Positions 12,897 to 24,803 of a DNA stretch of 64,000 nucleotides are shown here, one piece after another. The stretch is from an uncultured Hormoscilla sp. (GTDB lineage: Bacteria > Cyanobacteriota > Cyanobacteriia > Cyanobacteriales > Desertifilaceae), in contig OZ001293.3 of assembly GCA_963921275.4 (NCBI GenBank), positions 1,504,001 through 1,568,000 of the forward strand, in the 5' to 3' direction. The notes below the pieces were generated by a model. The model did no database searches, had not been told where the DNA came from, and was given only the letters and a program-made list of their open reading frames with translations. Every line of letters begins with the position of its first letter. Position 1 is the stretch's first letter. Made by a program: the position numbers and the translations under genes.

Positions 12897-13769
12897 GGGT
12901 GTGTCATCAATCAAATTGCTTGACAGAAGTAGATGGATACGGTATGGAGTCCTTATCCAGCAATAACAATCAAGAGGGCATGATATGAGACGCTATGGCT
13001 TGCGAGACGACCAGTGGGAACGGATCGAACACCTTTTACCTGGTAAAGAGGGTGACCCAGGCGCTACAGCCAAGAACAATAGATTATTCGTGTTCTGCCG
13101 TATTATATCGATATCGTGCTGGCATTCCCTGGCGGGATTTACCGGAGTGTTTTGGGGATTTTCGGGTTGTTCATACCCGCCATACCCGTTGGTCTGAAAA
13201 GGGAGTTTGGAAGCAGGTATTCGATGTCTTGGCCTCAGACGCCGATAACGAATACGCCGCGATTGATGCCACCATCCTGCGTGCCCATCAACGAGCGTGC
13301 GGGTGCAAAAAAAAACACCCTCAGATACGTGCGAAACCCAAGCCATAGGCCGTAGTAAAGGGGGACTATCGACAAAGATTCATGCCACTTGCGATTGCCC
13401 AAGGCAATCCCACAGGATTTCATCTTACCCCTGGCCAAGCCCACGACGGGAAAGGCGCTGACGTGCTATTGGATAAAATCGGTGAGATTGGCGCGCTGCT
13501 TGCAGATAAAGCCTATGATGCGGAACAACGTGTGCTCGAGCGCCTGAAAGAGGCGGATTGAATGGCTGTCATTCCTCCAAAAAGTAACCGCACAGAACAC
13601 AGAGAAGACGATGAAGAAATGTACAAGTGGCGGCATCTAATTGAAAATCTATTCCAAAAACTCAAGCAATACAGGGCTCTGGCGACACGCTACGATAAAA
13701 CGGCTCGCAATTTCTTGGGTGCCATCTACCTCGCGGCAGCTGTAATATGGCTTAATTGATGACACGCCC
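12897..13769 (+). mobile_element. IS5-family element with inactivated transposase
   Basis: IRs GGG(T/C)[34 protein letters not shown] and YKWRHLIENLFQKLKQYR motifs; frameshift and internal stop. Confidence 0.9.
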
Positions 13770-14055
13770 TAGCTATTAGCAGGGGGTTTGAACCCCCTGC
13801 GGGCTGACAACGAAGCCAGAAAATTACAGGAAGTCAAAGTGTAGCACTCTTTTTTCAAAATGGTATAACTTATGAAGAGCGCGAGGGCGAACCACTGCAC
13901 GAGCCCTAGTATATACTGCGCGCGGTCAGGACTTGCGTTTTTCGCACGCCCCCAACTGAATTGGTCCAAACCCTTTCCCTGTCAAGGGTTGAGGCGAAAA
14001 TTTTCCTCCTGGAAAAAAGCTCAATTCGTTCCCGTGCCGAGTATATCGGAAGTCG

Positions 14056-14495
14056 AAACTGTGAGTAGGTGCCGGTGACAAAAGTGTGCTCGCGCCTCAT
14101 TGTACCGGCAGTCTATACGCAAGCGGATGTATCAGCTAAGGGGCGTGAGCCCCGTTTCAGAACTGGCCAAAAAAGCGAGTGTCTTATGGCCACTTTGATT
14201 ATCGGTTTAGAGGCAATAGTTCACAAATTTTGCAGGTATCAGAACACCTAAAGAGTCACTAAACTGCGAGTAGGTGTTGGTGATATCGGAGCGCTCGGGA
14301 CTATTACACTAGCAGTTGATACGCAAGTGGACGTATCAGCTAAGGGGCGATCGCCCTTGCTTCAGAACCGGTCAAACAAGTATTATGGCCACTTTGAGCA
14401 CCGGTTTATAGGCGACAGTTCACAAATTTTGTAGGTATCAGAACACCTAAAAAGTTACCGAACTGCGAGTAGGTGCCGGTGAGACTAGAGCGCGG
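14056..14495. repeat. Tandem structured non-coding repeat of about 200 bp (205 + 199 + partial unit)
   Basis: Units start AACTG(T/C)GAGTAGGTG at about 14056, 14261 and 14460. Shared blocks: GTATCAGCTAAGGGGCG, TATGGCCACTTTGA, AGTTCACAAATTTTG(C/T)AGGTATCAGAACACCTAAA. Confidence 0.9.
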
Positions 14496-14552
14496 GTGCG
14501 GTCAAAAGTAGTTGCAATAGGAGAATCATCATGTTAAGTTCAACATTATTTA

Positions 14553-15502
14553 ACTCAAGTTGCTACCTATTAAAAAAAAAATGGATTACCCACTTAGAGA
14601 TTTCCGATATTTGTGTTTTTTGGTAGTCACAGAAATATATTATTTTTATGCTATCAGTAGCCATCCCTGTTTATAGGTTATAATGTACTAAAATAACAGT
14701 TGATTGCGGTAGATTATGGAAAATATGATTATAACAATTTTTGTTCTTGGCGATGAACTGCTAAAAGCACTCAATATCAAAGAAGATCCACAAGTAAAAA
14801 TGAATAATGCGGAGGTGATGACAGTAGGATTAGTTGCTGCTTATTTTTTGGGAGGGCGATAGAGATCGTCAATTTATAGCAGAACATAACTAGATCAAAA
14901 ATCTGTTAAGTAAGAGTAGGTTTAATCGTCGAAAACATAAGATTGATGAAACAATTGTATGGGAGTTTATTTCAAGCAATGGCTCAATCATTCGCTAACT
15001 CCGGGTCAAGAATATATTATCGATAGTTTCCCTGTGCCAGGATGTGACAACATTAGGATCGATAGATGTAAAATTTATACAGAAGAAGAATATAGAGGAT
15101 ATATCGCCAGCAAAAAACGTTATTTTTATTGAGAGTTCATATGTTAGTCAACAAAACTGGTAAACCAATAGAATTTTATTTTGCTCCTGGTAGTTGTAAT
15201 GATGCGAAAATTCTCCAATTGCTTTGATTTGCCATCAAAAGTTTATGGAGACAAAATTTATAACAATTATCAATTAGAAGATTTACTAAAAGAGTCAATG
15301 AATATAATGTTCAAACATTTGCGTAAAAAGAACGCGGGTTCAATATGTACAGAACGTAACTAGAAAACAAGTAGAAACATGCTTTAGTCGAATAACTAAT
15401 TTGTTTCCTAAGTCCTGCTGTTACATCCAAAGGGTTCGAGTTAAAATTAATTCTCTTTATCATAGCTTTTTGTGTTCAATTTTTATAGGTCGCAACTTAA
15501 GT
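14553..15502 (+). mobile_element. Degenerate IS982-family element (copy D)
   Basis: Near-identical inverted copy of 8893-10358 with the same stops and frameshifts; both IRs present. Confidence 0.9.
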
Positions 15503-15513
15503 TAAAATAAATT

Positions 15514-16728
15514 ATGATTTCTACTTCTGTTATCCCCCCTGCGATCGATCTCTCCGGGGTGAGATTAGAGATTAGAGCCTTACAGCCACAGCTGGTAGAA
15601 TGGCGCAAAAGGTTGCATCAGCGACCGGAACGGGGCTTTAAGGAGCAGTTGACAGCCCAGTTGATTTGCCAAAAGTTAACTTCATGGGGCATCGAGCATC
15701 TTCCAGGCGTAGCTGAGACTGGAGTGGTAGCCACGATCCCCGGATCGAAACCAGGACCCGTGCTCGCCATTAGAGCAGATATGGATGCACTGCCTATCCA
15801 AGAATTGAACGATGTGCCCTATCGATCGCAGCATGATGGAGTCATGCATGCTTGCGGTCATGACGGACATACGGCGATCGCCCTAGGGGTAGCCAAGTAT
15901 CTGGCCTCCCATCAGCAGGACTTCGCGGGCACAGTAAAGATCCTCTTCCAACCGGCTGAGGAAGGACCGGGAGGTGCTAAACCGATGATTGCAGCGGGAG
16001 TGTTGGAAAATCCTGACGTAGATGCCATTATCGGCTTGCACCTGTGGAATAATCTGCCCTTGGGCAGATTAGGCGTGCGCAGTGGCCCATTGATGGCCGC
16101 AGTGGAGATGTTTGAGGCTCACATTTTGGGCAAAGGGGGACATGGTGCTATGCCCCATCAAACCATTGATGCGATCGTGGTCAGCGCCCAAATTGTCAAT
16201 GCCCTACAGACGATTGTGGCCCGGAACGTCGATCCAATCAAGTCGGCGGTCGTCACCATCGGAGAACTCTATGCTGGCACGGCCAAAAACATCATTGCCG
16301 ATACCGCCCGGATGAAGGGCACGGTGCGGTATTTCGATCCGGCCTTCAAGGGATATTTCGGGCAGCGAGTCGAGCAAATTATTGCCGGTGTCTGCCAGAG
16401 TCACGGAGCCAGTTATAAATTAAACTACTGGAGTTTTTATCCACCCCTGATCAATGATGCTGGCATGGCTGAATTAGTCCGTTCGGTAGCTTTAGATGTA
16501 GTGGAGACACCAGCAGGAGTAGTCCCAGAATGCCAGACAATGGGGGGAGAGGACATGGCCTTTTTCCTACAACAGGTGCCAGGGTGCTATTTCTTCCTGG
16601 GTTCTGCCAACCCCGACAAAGGTTTAGCCTATCCCCATCACCATCCCCGCTTTGACTTTGATGAGATCGTCTTGCAGGTGGGAGTAGAAATGTTCGTCCG
16701 CTGCGTAGAAAAGTTTTGTCAGACGTAG
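15514..16728 (+). CDS. M20 family amidohydrolase (N-acyl-L-amino acid amidohydrolase-like)
   Basis: RADMDALP, MHACGHDGH, FQPAEEG, GGEDMAFF and HHHPRFD motifs. Confidence 0.95.
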   Translation: MISTSVIPPAIDLSGVRLEIRALQPQLVEWRKRLHQRPERGFKEQLTAQLICQKLTSWGIEHLPGVAETGVVATIPGSKPGPVLAIRADMDALPIQELNDVPYRSQHDGVMHACGHDGHTAIALGVAKYLASHQQDFAGTVKILFQPAEEGPGGAKPMIAAGVLENPDVDAIIGLHLWNNLPLGRLGVRSGPLMAAVEMFEAHILGKGGHGAMPHQTIDAIVVSAQIVNALQTIVARNVDPIKSAVVTIGELYAGTAKNIIADTARMKGTVRYFDPAFKGYFGQRVEQIIAGVCQSHGASYKLNYWSFYPPLINDAGMAELVRSVALDVVETPAGVVPECQTMGGEDMAFFLQQVPGCYFFLGSANPDKGLAYPHHHPRFDFDEIVLQVGVEMFVRCVEKFCQT

Positions 16729-16744
16729 GACGGGCGGATCGCCT

Positions 16745-16862
16745 GTCCGGAGGTAGTCTGTCAGCCCACTCAATGGCCACAATGCCCAAGGGAAACTCTA
16801 AACCCTCCCAGTAGGTTTCTGGGTGCAAGGCAGCTACTTCTGCCGGTTATAACCGGTACAAA
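16745..16862 (-). pseudogene. tsaE: C-terminal fragment of tRNA threonylcarbamoyladenosine ATPase TsaE
   Basis: LYRL*PAEVAALHPETYWEG...GIVAIEWADRL. The N-terminus is replaced by an IS fragment. Confidence 0.7.
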
Positions 16863-16864
16863 AT

Positions 16865-17055
16865 TCTTTTGGTTTTGAGTAAATTGATACATAAGCGCCG
16901 TCATTGTCCCATATTCTCAGTCCCATGTCCGGTTCTAAGGAGGCTATAGTCTTCTTTAAACCTTATATCTAAGACCCAATGGAGACTGTTTTCAACCCCC
17001 CAATGAGAGCGAATCGCTTTCGCCAAAACCGTAGCATCTGCTAGTGGTAAACTTT
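16865..17055 (-). mobile_element. ISAs1-family transposase C-terminal fragment
   Basis: IRSHWGVENSLHWVLD..F.ED motif. Confidence 0.85.
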
Positions 17056-17133
17056 CCTGCAGGAGTTCTGACTCTGGGGAAAAAGAGCGATCGGGCAATA
17101 TGCAATTAACAATATGCAATTAACAATATGCTA

Positions 17134-19450
17134 TTAGCTATTCAAAACAATGTCGATCGACCGATCGATCAAATCAACAGCTTCTGACTCATAGTGATAG
17201 GTTTTCGTCTTAAACTTCATCTCCTCCATTTGTTCCAGTTGTTTAGAAGGGAGATGTTTGTATTTATCTTGATACAGCTGCAAGGTCAGGCTACCGATTT
17301 TCGTCCTCTGCCCTGTGGTTGCTTGAATGCCCCGTTCTTTGAGTCGCTTGGCGACGGAAACGGTGGCTGTCGTTCCACTCTTTACTGTACGCTTTTTCTT
17401 CAAGCTGTCCAATGTTTGAGTCAGTTGCTCGACTGTTGAGATCAATTGCGTTTGTAACTGAGTATATCGTCTTGCGGGTTTGTCTGTAGCCACCGCAATC
17501 TCTAAAGCTTTGGTCTGTCCCACTGCCATAAATGTACTACTAGCGCGAGTCATGGTAGTATAGAGTAACTGGCGAGTCAGCATGTAGCGATCGCAGAGCA
17601 GCAGGGGCATAATCACATGGGTAAATTCAGAACCCTGGGACTTGTGGCAGGTCAGACAGAATGAATGCATAATCTGTTCCAGTTCGGACTGCTTGTAGTG
17701 AACGATCGCGCCCTCCTCAAATTCCACTGTTACCAGTTGATTTTTCGAGTCAACTGACACAACGATGCCAGTTTCTCCATTCATCACGGCGGGTGCGGTG
17801 TCGTAGCGATTTTTGAGTTGAATCACGCGGTCATTCACGCGGTAGACGACCTCATTCCACTCCACCTCGGCACTGTCGGGCAGTTTAGGATTAAAGATGG
17901 GCTGAAGCAGAATATTCAGATTGCGAACGCCACAGACACCCTTCTTTTGAGGTGCTAATACCATCAGAGATTTAGTTAAATCGACATCCTCTGCTTTCAT
18001 GGCCACTGCCAATTCAAAAATTGCCTGGGCTGTGGCTTCCGGTGTCGGGGTTTCCCACATGGCGCAATCTCCCACATCCATCCATTGTTTTGCCTGCTTA
18101 AACTCGTGCAGTTTTGGTATTTTACCTCTGTTAACATCTTCTGCTGCATAGATAATCGGGCTTTCATGTCGCTGTCGATGGATCTTCTGCAATCGGGTTG
18201 TGGGCACCATTTCCGAGATCTGCAAATCTCGCAGCACCATCCCGGGCCCGACACTGGGTAATTGGTCCGAGTCTCCCACTAGCAAGACTTTTGCTCTTGC
18301 GGGTAAGGCTTTCAGCAGGGAGTTAAACAGGAATATATCCACCATTGAGAATTCATCAACAATTAGCCAGTCGATATCCAGCGGATTCTTATCATTATAA
18401 AGAAAAGCTTGCCCTGCTCCCTGCCACTGTAGTAAGCGATGAATGGTGTATGCTTCTGTATCCGTGGCGTTTTTCATGCGGCTGGCGGCCTTGCCTGTGG
18501 GGGCGGCGAGAGCTACTTTCAAGTCCTTGAATTCTAACCACTGCACTAAAATCTTCAGTATATAGGTTTTGCCTCGTCCCGGTCCCCCAGTCAGGATGCT
18601 GAAGGCATGTCTTTCTGCCATAAATAAGGCTTGACGTTGTTCCTCGCTCAGATTGTACCGCTCGTCCTACTGCACTCTCATAACGAAGCAAACACTCTTC
18701 TAGGTCTTCTGTTGGTTGAGTAGGTTGCCCGAGAAACCAGATCGCCTGCAACGCTACTCTCAGTTCGATGCGGTAGACCCCTCTCAGGTAGATACTCCCC
18801 GATAATAATCCTGCTGCTAAAGTCTGGTTCTGTTTTCCCTTGCCGATCGCCTCTTGCACTGCCGATATGCTTGGGGTATGCTGGGGAAGCTCTAGCAGCT
18901 TTATTGCACGATTAATCAGTTCCGTTTCTGGCAGGAAGCAATGACCTTGACTTTGGGCATCTTTGAATACTTGAACAAGCCCTTGGAGATACCTGCTCTC
19001 GCTATCGGGCTCTATGCCTAAGGAGCGGGCGATCGCGTCAGCAGTCTTAAACCCAACACCATCGACTTCATCGATTAACCTGTAGGGATCGCTTTCAAGT
19101 ACATTCATGGTATCCTGCTGGTAATGCTCGCAAATCTTCATGGTTAACCCCAATGAAGTTCCATGTCCTAAGAGCAGGGCCACAGCAGGGTAGGCCGGGT
19201 TTTCTTTACTCTTGGACCAAGCTTCGGTAATGTCGCCGATGCGGTGCCGATCTAGTCCGGGGATTTGATAGAGTTGTTCTGGAGAGTTCTCTAGTACAGA
19301 GAGGGTAGCAGTGCCGAACTGGGCGACTAGCTTAGATGCCGTCTTTTCGCCAATCCCTCGAAACAGTCCACTGGAAAGATATTGCTCGATTTCGGCATTG
19401 GTGAGTGGGGGAAGTTGATTAGCCTGATTTGATTCACTCTCTTTTAGCAT
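17134..19450 (-). pseudogene. RecD2/TraA-like SF1B helicase, frameshifted near 18650
   Basis: HhH GIGEKTA, PYRLIDEVDGVGFKTAD, Walker A GGPGRGKT, VDEFSMVD, GDSDQLPSVG and HKSQGSEF, spread over two frames. Confidence 0.88.
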
Positions 19451-19798
19451 AGAAGTCCTTGGTTTGGCTTTTGTTCGAGTTTAAGAAAGAATTTATACTC
19501 GCTGCTGATCGTTAGCCCCTTACCAGCAGCCCAGAAACCAGGTTAAAGGGAAAAACCTGGTTTCTTAATTCTTGCGTTGAGATGATCCTAGGGCGATCGC
19601 TTATGATATGTCTTAAGCTAGAACCTCGGTACTGATACCGGGTAACTCTGGTCAGATCTTTGATATCTCGTTAATAGCTGCACTCCGAGACCCGGTTTCT
19701 AGCTTCTACTTGACCGATGCCCTAGCAACCCCACGATCTGACCGCTGACCACTGACCACTGACCACATCATATCTCAGAGGAGACCATCTGTAAGTTT

Positions 19799-22230
19799 AT
19801 GCTTCATATCAGACCTGTGACTGTGATCCTATCGGCAAGCATTCTAGCATTGATGGCTGGATGTGCCCAAGAGCAACCTCCAGCGACGGCACCGGATCGC
19901 CCGCCAGTCAGCAACGAAGATCCGATGTCTGAGGGGTTTTTGCGCCAGCGCAGCGGCTGCGCAGCCGCTAGCATCCCGAAGACATCGAAGGGGACTGTGA
20001 CAGAACTCACTGAACCGCAGATCCAGTTGAGTCTGGTGCCTCCAGATAATCCCGACCCTGCTACTAATGCCCAAATTCAACAATACCTGAACGGGTTGGC
20101 AGCCAAAGGACATCTCTCCCAACGCCAAGGAGTCTGGATCCAATCTGGCAATACCCTGCTGGCAAATCACCAAGGCACAGTGCCTCTGCCTGCTGCTTCC
20201 GTGACTAAGGTGGCAACAACTCTGGCGGCCCTAGAAACTTTTGGCCCCGATCATCGGTTTGTGACTTTAATTAGCGCTACCGGACCAATATATGAAGGGG
20301 TGCTACAAGGTGACTTGGTGGTCAAGGGGGGAGAAGACCCGTTTTTTGTCTGGGAAGAGGCGATCGCCCTAGGCAACCTATTAAATCAGCTGGGCATCAG
20401 GCGGGTAGCGGGTAATCTGATAATTGTGGGCAAATTTTATATGAACTTTGAGGCTAACCCACTCACAGCTGGCAAACTATTACAGCAAGGGTTAAATTAT
20501 CAGACTTGGTCAGCTCAAGTAGAAACCCAATATCGCACCTTGCCCCCAGGCATCCCTCGACCCCAGGTAATTATTAACGGTTTCGTGTGGTTTGCTCTGG
20601 GAAATCCTCCCAATGCCCAGACTATGGTGCGCCATTATTCTTTTCCCCTGGCGGAACTGCTCAAGAAGATGAATCGCTATAGTAACTCAAGTTGCGACCT
20701 ATAAAAATTGGATACAAAAAGCTATGATAAAGAGAATTATTTTCAACTCTAATCCCTTAGATGTAACAGCATGAATTGACTTGGGAAACAAATTGGTGAT
20801 TCGACTAAAACAGGTTTCAACTTGTTTTCTTGTTACTTTTTGTATATATTCAAAACAAGAATATTCTTTTCTTTTTGAGTTCTTTTTTCGCAAAGGTTTT
20901 AACATTATACTTGACGACTCTTTTAGTAAATCCTCTAATTGATAATCATTATAAGCTTTATCTCCATAAACTATTGAATTTGATGGTAAGTCAAAGCCAA
21001 AAGATTGCAAAACTTTAACATCATTATAACTACCAGGATCTAGATAAAATTCTATTGGCTTTCCATTTTTGTTTACCAACATATGAACTCTTAATCCATA
21101 AAAATAACGTTTTTTACTGGCAATATACCCTCGATATTCTTCCTTGTTATAAATTTGGCATCTATCAATCCTAATATTATCACATACTGGCACCGGGAAA
21201 CTATCAAGAATATATTCTTGACCCGGATTGAGCTCTTTAAATGTTTGAGCTATAACTTGGAAGAAAAACATCCAAATTGGTTCCTCAATATTGTGTAATC
21301 GACGATTGAACCTACTTTTACTTAACAGATTTTTTATATACTTGTGTTGGACCATAAATTGACAAGAGCGATCGTGGTGTCCTCCGAAAAAATATGCAGC
21401 AACTAATCCGACTGTCATCACTTCGGCATTGTTCATTTTTACTTGTGGATCTTCTTTTATATTTAACGCTTTTAGTAGCTCGTCACAAAGAACAAAAATT
21501 GTTGTAATCATATCTTCCATCATCTACATCCCCCAGCAATTAACTATTATTTTAGTACATTATAACCTATAAACAGCCAACCCGCCGTCTAGCACAAAAA
21601 AAATATAATTTTGTATCAAAAGCTACGAAATATTCCAAATATCTGTAAAGTATAAGTGGGTAATTCATATTTTTTTTAATAGGTCGCAACTTAGGTTATA
21701 GTAATAACTTGATGGCTGATATGCTAGCTAATACTGTGGGCGGTGCTCGGGTAGTGGCCCTCAAGGCTGCCGATCGCGCTGGGGTGCCCAGGGGCGAAAT
21801 TCAACTCGTTAATGGTTCTGGTTTGGGTGTCACTAATCAGATCTCTCCCCGGGCTGCTGTGGCCTTGTTTCTGGCGATCGAGCGCTATCTCCAGCCCTAT
21901 AATATGACTGTAGCCGATCTGTTCGCGATCGTCGGACAAGATGAAGGCATATTAGAGACTCGCCCCAGGATCCCTCAATTAGCAGTGGTCAAATCAGGCA
22001 GTTTGAATAATGTCAGTACCTTAGCAGGTGCCTTACCAACTCGGGAGCAAGAAACTGTCTGGTTTGTAATCATGAATTTTGGCAATGATTTAGTCGGATT
22101 TCGTGCCGAACAAGAAGCTTTATTACAGACTTTTGTCAAGCATTGGGGAGCAGTTTCATCTCTTCCTCCAGAGTTAAAACCATTACCCCAAAGGAAGAGC
22201 AAAACTTCTCGCAGTGAAATTGCTAACTAG
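19799..22230 (+). pseudogene. dacB: D-alanyl-D-alanine carboxypeptidase (S13/PBP4) lipoprotein interrupted by IS982
   Basis: PAASVTK, SNN motif split at the insertion (RYS|NN), NGSGL and KSG motifs. Confidence 0.88.
20685..21696 (-). mobile_element. Intact IS982-family element (copy A); transposase at 20699-21523
   Basis: 1012 bp with IRs; 7-bp TSD TATAGTA; DSFP, GDKAY and RKQVET motifs. Confidence 0.95.
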
Positions 22231-22389
22231 CTAATTGTGAATTGTGAATTGCTAATTGCGAATCGCTCAAGAGCATAGGGAAAGATGGTGACGGAACCAG
22301 CTTATAGGTTGGGTTTCGTGCCTCAACCCAACCGGAGGCTCAATTTTCCATTCTCAATTTTCTATTCTCAATTCTACATTTTCCATTTC

Positions 22390-22652
22390 TCAAAGATATC
22401 CTTGCGTTTTTGAAGCCAGAGTGTGACTGGCAGATAGACTATCTCGTGCAGAATCAGCATAGCCCAATATAGCTGCGATTACCTTGCCACTTTTCCTTCA
22501 TAAACATCAAAATAGTCCTCACTTCGCGCAGTTTGCATTGATTAAATTCAATAACTGACCAGCCCATCAATGGTCACCCGATCGCCGTCAGCAGCAATCA
22601 AATCTATTTCCAAGAATAGTTCGCCGATGTCACCAAATCTGCCATCAATCAT
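22390..22652 (-). pseudogene. Clan AA aspartyl-protease-like remnant
   Basis: MIDGRFGDIGELFLEIDLIAADG start followed by stops. Confidence 0.55.
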
Positions 22653-22689
22653 ATTTTACCACATGATCCTGTTTCATTGATACGGAAAA

Positions 22690-22935
22690 TTACAAGCCAG
22701 CCACTAGAATATTTCTGACGATATTTTTGCATAGCAACATCTTCTTCCGCATGAAATAGTCTCCGGCCTTTGGCTCAATGACGATCGACCAGTTATAGTA
22801 GTCGGCTATTAGTTCAGGCCGTACCAGCTCAAAGACTTCGCGACAATGCTCTATACGTGCTTCTCTTTGAGCTTTCCGTCTTGCTAATTCTTCTGGCGAT
22901 CGTGTATTCTGGGAATATTCTTCCCCGACGCGCAA
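22690..22935 (-). pseudogene. Small hypothetical protein fragment upstream of the protease remnant
   Basis: VFELVRPELIADYYNW.IVIEP..GDYF motif; appears frameshifted. Confidence 0.5.
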
Positions 22936-23144
22936 TGGTTTTTGGGACTGACTGGGTCATGTTATCTCCTCCCTGTTTACGTTCGTAGTAAGAACTTTAG
23001 TTCTTGCCCGTTCGCGCCCGGAAGCACGCTTCGTGCTTACTACGAACCTGCCTGGAAGCACGCTTCGTGCTTACTACGAACCAGATCACACTTCTTGATT
23101 TGTTGCCTTTCTCGCTGCAACTCAGATGGCACTATTTTTTGCCT

Positions 23145-24126
23145 TTATAGTTCCGGATGCTGTTCGTGAAACAGTTTTTCTGTCAGCTGCTCGACTTCCT
23201 GTTCTATATTATTTCTCAGAAGCATCCATTCCTTCGCCAAGTCAGTTTCGTCCTCCTGAATTTTTCTGCCTTGTAACTCAGGATGTCGGGCATAATATAA
23301 TCTGTCTGCGAGCGCATCCAATTGCTCTTTACTATTCTCTCCCTCCAAGGACAGATGTATCAAACTTCGCTTTAACTTAGGACCGGGAGTATGCTCTGAG
23401 GATCCAGACCCAAAGGGTGAGGATCCCAAATAATCTCACAGGTGTTCGGGTCTATATCTAACTCTTGAGGCATCTTTCCCGTCAGCAGATAAATTGCCGT
23501 TAGTGCCAAACTATACAGACCGCTAGAGTAAACAGGTTTGCTAGCAGCTTGTTCCGAGGCCATGAACCCGTACCAATAATCATCGAGTTTCTGGACTCTC
23601 CCTGGAGATTGACTGCCGTTGCCATAGTTTCCTTAACTGCACCGAAATCAATCAAGACAGGTTGGCGATCGCTGCTGCGGAGGATAATGTTATCAGGTTT
23701 AATGTCTCTGTGAACAATACCTTTACTGTGGACAGTAGTCAAGACAGGCAGGAGAGAGACTAAGATTTCCCGTACAGCAGTTTCGCCGAGGGGCCCTTCG
23801 GACGACACTAAGTCAGTGAGGGTGAGGCCATCAATCCATTCCTGAACGAGATAGAATTGGTCAGCAGACTGAAAATAGGCATATAATTCGGGAATTTGAC
23901 GGCTTTGCTGGCCCAGTTCTTCTAAGATAGTAGCTTCTCGTTGAAACCGTTGTTGGACCATCTGCTGAATATGGGGGTCACCAGTAACCGGTTTGAGGCG
24001 CTTAATGACGCAGCGGCGTTTTGAAGGCATATGGGTATCTTCAGCGAGGAAAGTTTCGCCAAACCCGCCAGTACCCAAGTCACCGAGGATCCGATAGCGA
24101 TCGAGCAATAGAGTTTGAGGCATCAT
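23145..24126 (-). pseudogene. Ser/Thr protein kinase, frameshifted
   Basis: GTGGFGET, VIK, HRDIKPDN and LIDFG motifs; continues in other frames after IGT. Confidence 0.88.
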
Positions 24127-24302
24127 CAGGTATCAGAGAATATATCAGCAACTTGATTCCGATTTTAAGTAATTAATAGCTTGCGTTCCCGTTCGCCGCC
24201 GCCGTCACCCTTTAGGGTGCGGCTACAAGAACAAAGCCCGCGCGGGCTATAGTGTTGACTGGATAAGGGATGAGGGCGTTTTGGGAAAATGAAATCGCTC
24301 CC

Positions 24303-24429
24303 GTTCGTAGTAAACACTTTAGTGTTTGCCATTCGGTTCGTAGTAAACACTTTAGTGTTTGCCATTCGGTTCGTAGTAAACACTTTAGTGTTTGCCATTC
24401 GGTTCGTAGTAAACCCTAAAGCGTTTGCC
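24303..24429. repeat. 33-bp tandem hairpin repeat (3 copies plus a diverged fourth)
   Basis: Unit GTTCGTAGTAAACACTTTAGTGTTTGCCATTCG with no spacers; relatives at about 22981-23082 and 25871. Confidence 0.9.
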
Positions 24430-24803
24430 CGATCGCCAACAGATTTTTTCCGTAAAAAGTATACACAAAATATAGGCTATCGAGTATAATGAGAGAGTTA
24501 GCCGATAGGGAGGATAAAGTGAGTGCATCCGGTGTTTGCTTCTTGAAAATTGAGCAATTGTTAAGGAACTTCGATTAAACAAGATGTTCATCCCTAGAGC
24601 CCTAAACTCCTGACAGCGAGGGTGTAAAGGGCGAATTTAACAAGTTATTAATACCTTATTCCTAATTGAGATAGAGGCTATTTTACATCCGCAATTAGTA
24701 GTATTTAATGCCAAAACGCAAAAGTGAGATGCTCCCGATAAAGTTAACCTCTCCAAAGAGGCGATCGAGTAAAATAAAGAAGAGAGAGTGAATCGAAGAA
24801 AAA

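Noticed and set aside
24303..24429. Possible CRISPR array (33-bp palindromic repeats)
   Set aside because: Repeats are directly adjacent with no unique spacers, and no cas genes are in the window.
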